From the NCBI GenBank assembly GCA_030141605.1, contig JAQGDQ010000674.1:50616-114615 (forward strand): a stretch of DNA of 64,000 nucleotides, read 5' to 3'. The translations under genes and the position numbers were made by a program. Shown one piece after another: positions 43,601 through 53,839 of this stretch (positions within the stretch are counted from its first letter, which is position 1; every line of letters begins with the position of its first letter). The notes below the pieces were generated by a model. It saw nothing but the letters and a program-made list of their open reading frames with translations, did not search any database and had not been told where the DNA came from. This DNA is from Tubiluchus corallicola. Taxonomy: Eukaryota > Animalia > Priapulida.

Positions 43601-45382
43601 ACTTCAAGAATTTTTTTACTTAATTTACTTTATTGCTGGAAACTAGACTTAATGTCTTTGAAGATGAATATGAGTAAATAGTAACAAGATAAAATGTTTA
43701 ACTGGAATTACTTCATTTTTGTTACAAGGTTTTAATGTAGTTCCTGTAAGGAAGTTTAATAAAAACACACATTTGATTGTTTTAGATATCAAATTTTGGC
43801 GCCAAATGCCATACCTACTGGATTTGCTGATGGAAAGAACATTGCAAGCAGTCTGCTCACTGCTCTCGAATGGGATCCAGCAGAGTTCAGACTTGGTCAC
43901 ACAAAGGTGTTCTTCAAAGCAGGAGCACTGGGTAGACTGGAAGAGATGCGAGAAGACCGCATTACTAGGATCATGACACTCGTGCAGGCTTGGATCCGAG
44001 GCAAACAGATGAGGGAAGAGTTTGTTAGGATGAAAGCGCAACGACTTGGCATGATTGTTGTCCAGCGCAACGTACGCAAGTACATCCAGTGCCGTAACTG
44101 GCCATGGTGGAAGCTGTACGTGAAAGTGAAACCGCTGCTGTCCGTCGCCAAGCAGGAGGATGAAATAAAGAAGATGGAAGCCACCATGACTGAGCTGAAG
44201 ACCAACCTGGAGAAGGAAACAAAGATTCGAACAGAAGCCGAAGCCGCTGTACTGAAGCTGACACAAGAAAAGAATGAGCTGTATTCTCAAGTCCAAAGCA
44301 ACATGGAAACCATAGCTGACATTGAAGAACGGGCCACAAAACTCATCTCGCAAAAACAGGACATGGAAGCTCAGATACAAGATCTGAAGGAACGCTTGGC
44401 AGAGGAAGAAGAAAATAGTGCTTCAATGAGCGAACAAAAACGAAAAGGTGAAAGTGAAATTGCAGATCTGAAGGAAAACATAGAAGGATTAGACCGCAAC
44501 ATCAAGAAATTAGAGAGCGAAAAAGCTTCAAAAGAGCACAATATTCGCCAGCTAAATGAAGAGATACTGCGTCAAGAAGAGCTGCTTAATAAAACAAACA
44601 AGGAGAAGAAAAGTGCCCAGGAAACTGTAACAGTAAGTCATTTATTACATTTTTGCAAGCTTAGCTAACCATGTCTTTACAATATAGCTGTTGTAACGTC
44701 TTGGCAACATTTGTAACATTGTTAGAAACTTTATAGAACATTTTACAAATTAAAATTATTAAAGATTTCATAAATCTTTCTTGCTTATTAATCTGTTTAT
44801 TCACAAAGACTGCTGCCATGATAAGTCTAGATGATGTAACGCCTCGTGGCTTGCCCGCTAAAAACAGTGAGGGGAAACCTTAGTGAGCACAAACATTAAA
44901 ATATAAACCATAGATAAGAGCACGTCACAGCTGATGTGTGTAGCTTTTATCCATGTTTATTAACGATGATAATGACAGATGTATTACATCCGTCTTACAG
45001 CGACTGCAAGAAGACTTACAGAAGGAAGAAGATAAAGTGAATCACTTGAATAAAGTCAAAGCCAAGTTAGAGCAATCTCTTGATGAGCTAGAAGACTCCC
45101 TGGAACGAGAGAAGAAAATTCGAGGCGACACCGAGAAAGCCAAGAGGAAAGTGGAAGGAGATCTGAAGATGACACAGGAGGCTGTGGAAGATCTGGAGAG
45201 AGCAAGGAAAGAGTTAGAGGAAGCTGCGCGCAGGAAGGATAAAGACATGGCCTCATTAAATAGTAAAATTGAGGATGAACAGAGTGCAGCTCACCAGTTG
45301 CAGAAAAAGATCAAAGAACTTCAGGTAAGATAATAAGATGGACTAGGTGGAAGAGACTAATCTGGTCAATACTCTTTTATTG

Positions 45383-45421
<39 letters not shown>

Positions 45422-48400
45422 CAGGATTCTTTATATAACCGGATTTATGTAATTAATTTAGGTGTGAGCCTGTAGTGAATCATCAGTAGGGGTGAGCATC
45501 GAACGTTCCAGTTCGAATTCGATTCGGACGAGTTTTTTTAGTTTGAACTCGATTCGAATCCAAAACTATAGATTCGAATAATTCAGCACTTCAATCACAT
45601 ATGTTCCTGATCACTAAAACGATTGAAACATCATGCAATTAGCATAAATTAGCAGTGATTTCTGTGCACAATTTTAAACAAATTACTAGTGGTTTTATTG
45701 TAGAACAAAAGCTAGTGATACATATGATCTTTGTAAGACTATTTTTTACTGGTGGTTCGAAAACTTGTTCGAAAACCGTTCAATCTCAATTCAAATTCGG
45801 TTCGAATTCGAAACACTGAAGTTCGATTCGATTCGAATTCGAAAGTCACAAATTTGGTTCGATTCGAATTCGCTTTCTGGTAGAGAATGCTCACCCCTAA
45901 TCGTCAGGTATTTATTTTAAAACTGAGTTAAACTGATATATTTTTATTCGACACCTCCCTGTATACTGTCATTTTATATATAAGAGGATATGGATGATGA
46001 AGATTTTTATTATGAAGGCATGCAATACTAGTAGGCCAGTTTCAAATATAGAGTAACGTATGTGGGAAATTGTTTCATATTTTTGACCATGTATTGTTTA
46101 TAGACGCTCAAAAAACACCAATAAAAACATTTAAAAGTACAATTTAAATGGCCGTGTTAACCTGCAATTTTAATTCATTTAGACTAGAATAGAAGAACTA
46201 GAGGAGGAATTAGAAGCGGAGAGAATGTCACGTGCCAAGGTGGAAAAACAGCGAGCAGATCTCTCGCGAGAAATAGAAGAAACAACAGAACGTCTAGAAG
46301 AAGCTGGCGGCGCTACCACAGCCCAAGTAGAGCTGAACAAAAAGCGGGAAGCAGAATTGTCAAAGCTGCGACGTGACCTGGAAGAGTCGGCTCTAGAGCA
46401 CGAAGCAATAGTTTCCTCCCTTCGCAAGAAGCACAATGACGTCATAGCAGAGCTTGGAGAGCAGCTTGATCAGGCACAAAAAGCAAGGGCCAGGTAGAAA
46501 TTTAATTATCGTACGTAGCGCTAATTCATTTTACAGTGCAAGACTAATAACAGTTGTCTTACACAAGATTACACGAGATTACATTACGCAAAAGTCCAAT
46601 AGACTAACTTTGGCCAAATTTTGAAGGACATCGGATTTTGGGGCCAGTGTTAAGATGCATATTTTCCTCGGAAAACGTACATCTTCTCATACTGCACATA
46701 AGTGCATATTTTATAACACACCACAAGCAGTTACTTTGCCCAGTATTATACAAGCGCCATAGGTACTACACCACAAGCAGTTATGCGGGCTGTTTCGGTA
46801 TAAGAGCTAAGCAAATACCAGTAAATAACAGGAACTAAGTAATTAGTGTAACAGTGCCATTAACACACCACAAGTAATTATCTGCTGCACTGTATGATGC
46901 ATATATAAGCATTAAACAACCATAGATCCATCATAGAGATATGCGGGGCCGATTTATCAGGCTAGAGCATTGTAATTTTTTGATGTCTGGCATTAGAGCT
47001 TTAAGGCAAGTTTTCCGAAATCATGTCTATGCATCTGTTCCACCAAAAAGAATTATCCACCAATCATTTGCCAAGAATATCTTCGAGTAAAATGATGTAT
47101 AAATTCTACTTATTGCTCATACAAAAATGCTAAACATAGGAGAAATTTCAACATACGACTACATTATTTTAGAGATTTTACAACTTATTCACACTGAGCA
47201 CGTTCATTGCAGGGTTGAAAAAGAAAGAGGACAAGCTAAAAACGAAAATGACGATCTGAAAGCAAACATGGATCAACTGAGAAAAAATAAGGTAAAATTC
47301 TTCACTCCTTCATGGTTTACCAGAGTAGTTAGTATCAATCTAATCATGGCATCATATCGTAATGACTGTTGTTACATACAAATTCAGTTTATACTGTTGC
47401 ATCAAAAATCAGTTTCTTCATTTCGCAGGATCAAGTGGAGAGACTGGTCAAAACTCTCGAAGGTCAGCTGTCCGAGGCAAATGCCAGACTTGATGAATCG
47501 ACACGCACAATAACAGACCTGCAAGGGCAGAAGGGACGGCTTAATAATGAAGTGAACGAACTCCAGCGACAAGTGGAGGACAACGAGTCTCAGATCAATC
47601 AGCTGAACAGAGCGAAGGCTCAGTTGCAAGCTACGGCAGCAGAGGCAAGGACCACAGCTGAGGAAGAAACTAGGGTTGGTTACATTGACGAATGCTTTAC
47701 TTTGACAGATTTGCAGTTCTTAGGAGGAAATGTTGTCTGTAAAAGCATTTTGCACTATAAAAATTTTTAACTTGTTTTGCTAAAACTAATTGGCCGCTGG
47801 AATATTTAACTAAAACAAGTCGTAAATATGTAAGATAGATGTAGGGAAGGTTCACATATATGGCCTTTGGATATCTTTTACAGCTGAAGATCAACCTGCA
47901 AGGTCAATTAAGAAACTGCCAACATGATTTGGATCAAGCCAAGGAGCAGCTCGAAGAAGAATCGGACGCTAAGTCTGCGGTGGAGCGACAACTCGCCAAG
48001 ATGACCAGTGACTACAATGCCCTACGCACGCGTGTGGAAAGTGAAGGACTTGGCGGTGGTGGACTAGAAGCAGAAGAAATCAAGTAAGTGAGAATGTTGT
48101 GAGGCAATTCGGTGCAATGCAAAACTTTATAGAGAAATATAAGTTATTTGTATAAGCCACCTCTCAAAATAGTTTTAGTCATGTGCATATTGACATTGAT
48201 GAAATGGTGCTTTTGTTGCTTACAGGAGAAAGATGCAGGCAAAACTTGCTGACTCTGCCGACCAACTTGAGGCAGCCATGGCAAAAATTGCTTCCTTGGA
48301 GAAGGCCAAAGCTCGTATTAGCAATGACTTGGAAGACATGTCTATTGAGGTAGAGAGAGCAACTGCACTGGCTAGTGCAGCAGAGAAGCGTCAACGCAAC

Positions 48401-51400
48401 TTTGACAAGACAATTGCAGAATGGAAACAAAAAACCGACGATCTTTCTTCGGAACTGGAAGCATCGCAGAGAGAGTGCCGCGGCATCTCCACTGAACTAT
48501 TTAAATCAAAAGCCATTGAAGCCGATGCACAGGATGTGGCAGAACATTTGAAAAGGGAAGTCAAAAATCTGACAGATGAGATAAAAGATTTGACAGATCA
48601 GCTAGGTGAAGGAGGCAAAAGTGTGCACGAACTTGATAAAGCAAGAAGACGTCTTGAACTGGAAAAAGACGAACTACAATCAGCACTAGAAGAGGCTGAA
48701 GCAGCACTAGAGACGGAGGAACAGAAAGTGGTGCGAGGCGTTTTGGAAGTTCAACAACTGAGACAAGAAATTGACAGACGTCTAGCCGAGAAAGATGAGG
48801 AATTTGAGACAACGCGTAGGAATCACCAACGTGCCATCGACTCCATGCAAGCTAGTCTGGAGGCAGAATCCCGTGGCAAGATGGAAGCTATGAAAATGAA
48901 AAAGAAACTCGAAAGTGACATTAACGAACTAGAAGTATCGCTTGACTCGGCCAATCGTCAAAATGCAGATGCACAGAAGACCATCAAGAAGCTTCAAGCA
49001 CACATCCACGATCTTGAGAACCAGATAGAAGAGGAACAACGGGTGAGAGAAGAGGTACGAGAGCAATTAAATCTTAGCGAGCATCGATGCAATGCCATAT
49101 CTTCAGAGCTTGAGGAAGTGCGCTCCTCACTCGATCAATCAGAGCGAAACCGACGTGCCGTCCAGGGAGAACTTAACGAAACAAATGATCGTATCAATGA
49201 CCTTTCTGCACAGGTAACGTCTGTTAGTCAAGCAAAGAGAAAACTGGAGGGCGATATCACTACAATACAAGCCGATTTGGACGAAACTCACAGCGAGCTA
49301 AAAACTGCCAATGAAAAATCGATGACCGCAATTGCCGATGCAGCTAGACTGGCCGAAGAGTTGCGTGTCGAACAGGATCATTCGAACAACCTGGAAAAAG
49401 TCCGCAAATCCATGGAACAACAAATTAAGGACTTACAGGTGCGACTTGACGAGGCAGAGGCAAATATGCTAAAGGGAGGAAAGAAGCTGATCGCTAAACT
49501 AGAGCAGCGCTGTCGCAGCCTGGAGGGAGAGCTAGAAAACGAACAGCGCCGCTTTAGCGAAATGCAGAAGAAGAATCGTCAAAGTGACCGTCGCATCAAG
49601 GAACTTCAGTACACGGTTGAGGAAGACAAGAAGGCACAGCAACATCTGCAAGACATGATCGAGAAGCTGAACGGCAAGATCAAGATGTACAAGAAACAGA
49701 TAGAGGAAGCTGAAGAGGTGGCTAACATGAATCTTGCCAAATTCCGCAAGGCCCAGGTGGAGCTAGAGGAAGCTGAAGCTCGAGCAGATGATGCAGAAAC
49801 TGGTCTGGCAAAGCTACGAGCACAAGCTCGATCCGGCGGAATGCTTGCAGCTCGAAGCGGAGCATCCGTAAGTACATATGGTTAAAGGAAAACTGGTTGA
49901 TTTGTCATATACTAACTAATTTTCAAGTCCGATGAAATGTTTAACACAATTAATACTGCAAAAGCGTTTCTAATAATTGAATAAGAGATTAAAAACTACA
50001 TTAACGGCGGGCGAGCCTAATTATTGATGACATCACAAACTAACATTATTTTCAACAGCAAAAATATTCCACAAGCGTGTTGCACGTGTTTGCGAAAGCG
50101 AAAATTAAAATACAGTGCTAGTGTAAGATATTCAGTGTCTTGTACTAAAACTAGGCAAGTTTTAAGGTAAAATTCACATTTCAAATTTATCACTGCATGA
50201 GCTGTCGAACACGTGTAGTGCATCACAAGGTAACACATCTGAACAGAGAGGTACAACACCTATTTTTGTGCAATGCATAAGATTTCTGAAAGCCCGTCTA
50301 ACTAGTGAATGGCGAAATGCATGTAGCAGCAAAGAACTAGTGGCGCAAACACGAAATTGTGTTTGTGCGGTAATAACTCTTTCACGTAAGTCATTTCCTT
50401 TCAATTTTTTTTAAAAAGTAGATTGTTTTGATCAACAGTATAGGATTATATCCGGTTTTTGCTTTAAACGATCAATACCTGCTCCACTGGAACAACCCAA
50501 CCATGTTGCACTGTTCCTTCCACATACTTGAACTGACTTAAAAAGTCAATCTTGAACGACTTTTAAAATTTTTTATCTAATTCTAAAAATTCACTAGGAA
50601 GTTCTAATGGTTATACATTTAGCCATTGATTCAAAACTATTCTGCCTGTCTACAAATATGGCGAAACATTTCATTAGCTATATGGGACCAGTCCTATGGA
50701 ATAGACTAAGCCGCAATTCAAAATGTAGTCACTCCCTTTCAACTTTTAAAAAAATCGACAGAAAAGAAATATTTCAAAAGTATTGAGAGTAACACAATTT
50801 CATAATGGTAATCACCTGCATTCTTTTCCATAGTAATCTTAATAAAACGTGACTATGCTCAACAGGTTACTGAACACCTTATAATCATGATCACAGTTTT
50901 TCTTAGTTCTCGCTCCATTTCATCTTTCATTCACTACTTCCCCCCCCCCACTTTTATGTATATATTATCATTATTTCAATTATTAATACTTTCTTTAAGA
51001 TTTCCACGTACAGTTTGGCCTGTCAAGCTATGCTTTTAGGCTCAAACTGTATGCATCAAAATTACTCTGTAATGTAATTTGCTCATGTACATGCTGCATA
51101 AGAATCTCTTTTGTAATTTCTGGATAATATTGCATTTATATTTATATTTATTCAGTGAAACTATCTGTATTTTTATTATAACTGTTAGATGCAGAGTGGA
51201 AATAAATAAACTTATAACTTATAAATTCCGATCAGTTAAAAAACATGAAAAATTTTAAATAATAGTTTATCAAAACAAAGTCTTCTTTTTACCAATAAAA
51301 CTGATGTTTTCTCAGGCCGTGGAAATTTTCTGAATAGCAACGTCTTTCTTCAAAAATTACAATATTCAAACATTCCTACAGGAAAAATGTTTCAAATTTA

Positions 51401-51561
51401 CATGGTCTCACAGTAACTGCAGCACTTGATAGTTGTACCACACCACTTAGCAAACAAACAAAAGTACTGTAATTTGTACTATCATTTAATTTGTGATTCT
51501 TAACGATCACTTTTGTTTTTAGGGACACGGCCGACGCCCTAGAATTGAAGACGACGAGTAG
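37294..51561 (+). CDS. Mhc: Muscle (sarcomeric-type) myosin II heavy chain, complete spliced CDS, about 1957 aa
   Basis: join(37294-37515,38319-38462,40057-40213,40876-41012,41336-41428,41540-41603,41705-41803,41967-42070,42264-43223,43380-43585,43786-44632,45001-45324,46183-46493,47213-47291,47429-47674,47884-48083,48226-49867,51523-51561). GT-AG introns, consistent phases. P-loop GESGAGKT, switch I NDNSSRFGK, switch II DIAGFE, SH helix [18 protein letters not shown]...KP head-rod junction, long heptad rod. Last exon is inferred. Confidence 0.96.
37662..38078. mobile_element. hAT-like MITE carrying (GA)n
   Basis: CAGGGCGTATTTCAG...CTGAAATAGGCCCTG; perfect 8-bp TSD gctgtaag. Confidence 0.9.
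38319..38462 (+). CDS. Mhc: Mhc coding exon 2
   Basis: [33 protein letters not shown]. Confidence 0.95.
38570..39180. mobile_element. Interspersed repeat (probable non-autonomous DNA element)
   Basis: Clearly homologous to 56165-56770; more diverged copies near 21750-22200 and 32600-33000. Confidence 0.6.
39578..39816 (+). mobile_element. tRNA-derived SINE with conserved central domain and LINE-like tail
   Basis: A box TAGCTCAATGG, B box GGTTCAATTCC, then GGTCATACGAAAAACTTAACAAATGGTAC; candidate TSD ttaatgaa (39570-39577, 39817-39824). Confidence 0.75.
40057..40213 (+). CDS. Mhc: Mhc coding exon 3
   Basis: [19 protein letters not shown]...[11 protein letters not shown]. Confidence 0.95.
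40372..40834. mobile_element. hAT-like MITE carrying (GA)n, second copy
   Basis: CAGGGCCTATTTCAG...CTGAAATAGGCCCTG; perfect 8-bp TSD gttgtagg. Confidence 0.9.
40876..41012 (+). CDS. Mhc: Mhc coding exon 4 (P-loop)
   Basis: [25 protein letters not shown]. Confidence 0.96.
41336..42070 (+). CDS. Mhc: Mhc coding exons 5-8 (41336-41428, 41540-41603, 41705-41803, 41967-42070)
   Basis: [31 protein letters not shown] / GKFIRIHF...ADIES / [23 protein letters not shown] / ...[14 protein letters not shown]; too short for the ORF track, read directly. Confidence 0.94.
42264..43223 (+). CDS. Mhc: Mhc coding exon 9 (motor: switch II, relay, loop 2)
   Basis: [43 protein letters not shown]. Confidence 0.97.
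43380..43585 (+). CDS. Mhc: Mhc coding exon 10
   Basis: [10 protein letters not shown]...[18 protein letters not shown]. Confidence 0.96.
43786..44632 (+). CDS. Mhc: Mhc coding exon 11 (converter, IQ, start of S2)
   Basis: [30 protein letters not shown]. Confidence 0.96.
45001..45324 (+). CDS. Mhc: Mhc coding exon 12 (rod)
   Basis: [31 protein letters not shown]. Confidence 0.95.
45384..45420. repeat. (TG)n microsatellite
   Basis: Direct reading. Confidence 0.95.
45487..45899. mobile_element. hAT-like MITE, same family
   Basis: TIRs; TSD atcatcag/atcgtcag. Confidence 0.88.
46183..46493 (+). CDS. Mhc: Mhc coding exon 13 (rod)
   Basis: [13 protein letters not shown]...[24 protein letters not shown]. 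Confidence 0.95.
47213..48083 (+). CDS. Mhc: Mhc coding exons 14-16 (47213-47291, 47429-47674, 47884-48083)
   Basis: Heptad rod sequence, GT-AG boundaries, consistent phases. Confidence 0.92.
48226..49867 (+). CDS. Mhc: Mhc coding exon 17 (LMM rod)
   Basis: [43 protein letters not shown]; donor gtaagt at 49868. Confidence 0.96.
49886..50465. mobile_element. Kolobok-like monomer just after Mhc exon 17
   Basis: ttaa-aggaaaactgg...ccggtttttgct-ttaa, with family core sequence. Confidence 0.65.
50590..51225 (+). mobile_element. 3' end of a CR1/L2-group LINE
   Basis: [19 protein letters not shown]...SLSTFKK ORF end, AT-rich UTR, aataaataaa plus short tandem tail. Confidence 0.6.
51316..51333 (+). 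CDS. Mhc: Mhc candidate alternative terminal exon A (AVEIF*)
   Basis: ctgat branch-like site, gttttctcag acceptor, phase 0, GCC GTG GAA ATT TTC TGA. Confidence 0.5.
   Translation, partial: AVEIF
51523..51561 (+). CDS. Mhc: Mhc candidate terminal exon B ([12 protein letters not shown])
   Basis: ttttgtttttag acceptor, phase 0, GC-richer than flanks, acidic end typical of myosin tailpieces; AATAAA at 51927. Confidence 0.75.
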   Translation, partial: GHGRRPRIEDDE

Positions 51562-52186
51562 ACATCCGGAAGGGGACAAGTTGGATACGATTCTAGTCAA
51601 GTTATTCAATTAACTTTTGCTCTTAGATTACAACTAACAACAACGGTGTATGATGACTTATTTTGCTGAATGTTGTTCTACCAAATTTCATCTTATGGCT
51701 GCTCAAAATCCAACACGCACGATTCCATTAAGAAACATACTCTGTACAGCGAAATGTTCACTAACGTCACAAATTTACAGTAATCATGTTGCTGAACTTT
51801 CTTTACAAGACATTATGGCAACCTTGAGTTAAAATTGTATCAGATTCTCACTAAAGTCATTCTAGTCGTTTGAAGAAGCTGAAGTTTGATCACGATAAAA
51901 CAAGTGTAGAAGAAATGTTTCTAGATAATAAATAGTCAATTTGCAATTATTATTGTTTGCAATGCTCTTTTTATTAAAGCATATTCTTACAACTATGTAC
52001 AAAGCTGAATATATACAGAATATTATTATTGTTAACATTGCACTGGGTAAATTCGCTGCAGCGAGATACGATTTCAGCTGCGTCAAAACTGCATTAAGTA
52101 GCATTTACCACTCGGAATATATCCGGATATTAGACGTCCGGAATATGTCTATGTTATGTAGATGCAGAATAGATAAAATCTGTTTA

Positions 52187-52514
52187 CAGTCTACCCTCGT
52201 TAAGCCGGACTAATTGGGGGGGGGGGGTCCGGTTTAGCCGATTGTCCGATTTATCCGATATGCCTATATATGGTCTATATTATACAGGAATAATCACCTT
52301 AATAAGGCCTATATACATTGCACTATATACTATGCTGTATATTACTTTAAAATAGTTAACCTGTGAGGATAAAGAAATTATTGTACAGTTGGTAGGCCGT
52401 GTTGTGTTTAGCGCTCCGGCTCGGATGGAAATCGGTCAGTTTCCTTTACCACGGATGACGTCCGTCTTATCCGATATCCGGGCTAACGGGGTCCGATTTA
52501 ACGAGGGTCGACCG
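52187..52514. mobile_element. pogo/Tigger-like MITE, same family as 3978-4430
   Basis: TA TSD, TIRs, near-identical internal sequence. Confidence 0.85.
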
Positions 52515-52774
52515 TATATTGTTTTCAATGCACCTGTATATCAGACTTGCGTTATGCGTTATTTTTTCTGCAGCTATTTCCTATTGATGGACAGCGCATA
52601 ACACATTCCGGATGTGTGGTAAACACCAACTTACTGGCAATAAGCGGATATCATAATTACACAAGCTCTACTTCACTTTAGATAGAAACTTTATAAAGTT
52701 TGAAGTGCCAGTCTGTTAATTGCAGCAAATATATGATCTCATTTGTGAATATAGACCATTCAAGTGAACATTAA

Positions 52775-53750
52775 AATGTGTGCCTGCAAACCAAAACTGT
52801 CCATAAGTCGGCATAGTTAAAACTATTTTATGATGCATCAAAGTAGAATGCACAAAAAATTCGGTCAAATGTCAATTTTTTTGTTTTTTGTAAAAACAAA
52901 TGCTAAATATATTGGACCTTTATATTCTAGCATAAAATTATCAAGAAAATGTTAAAAAAACACCAAAAATTTTATTTTATAAATCCTTACCCACTTTTCA
53001 GGCTAGAAACTAGTACCGTAAAGCTCGGATTTTCAAACTCCGATAGTAGCTCCTAGAAGCTGTCATTTTGCTTCAGGTTTTTTTCTGTTGCCAAGCCCAG
53101 ATCTTCATCAAGAAGAGCCATCTACTGGATTTAAACATTACTTTAATGTGCTCTTGCAGTCCACATTTGTGCATTGCCAAGTGTTTTGTAAAAACACGAC
53201 AAAAAGTATTGCTAACTTTACCGGCGATTTTCTCAAGGTCACGTTTCTCAGTGCATAGTGTGCACCTCAACTTAGAAATAGCATAGAGCGATGAACTTGG
53301 TATCAAAATGATCCTCACGAAATGGAGATCATCATCATCATACGCCCGTCACGTCTATTGTAGACATTGGGCAGGCAGAATTCTAAAATAAAAGAAATCT
53401 GCCTTCAGACAGGTAAACGCAGCAGTAATCCAGCAAAAAAACTAGACACTGTTACGCCAGTGGCTTGTCAGCACCACTTCCGAGCACTATTTTGAATCAT
53501 CATCATCATCATATGCCCGTCACGTCTATTGTAGACATTGGGCAGGCAGAATTCTAAAATAAAAGAAATCTGCCTTCAGACAGGTAAACGCAGCAGTAAT
53601 CCAGCAAAAAAACTAGACACTGCTACGCCAGTGGCTTGTCAGCACCACTTCCGTTAAAATGGAGATTAAGGATATGTGAAGATATGTGAATAAATAGAAA
53701 AACTTAATTGTCGACTTATGTACGTTTATGCTATGCAAGCATACAAATAC
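52775..53750. mobile_element. Interspersed repeat, interrupted by a retroposon insertion
   Basis: Homologous to 58535-59200, which lacks the insertion. Confidence 0.65.
53330..53656 (-). mobile_element. Two tandem 5'-truncated retroposon 3' ends with (ATG)n tails inside one 10-bp TSD
   Basis: TSD aaatggagat (53320-53329, 53657-53666); related copy at 30793-30882 continuing after 31245. Confidence 0.75.
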
Positions 53751-53839
53751 CTATGTACCAACGCCATCTGTGAAGAAAACGGGAATCTGACAACCACGGA
53801 CAAGTTGTAGGTAAAATTAAACAAAATTATTTCTAATTT

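Noticed and set aside
42240-48812. Minus-strand ORFs over the myosin exons
   Set aside because: Antisense shadows of codon-biased coding exons with no independent motifs.
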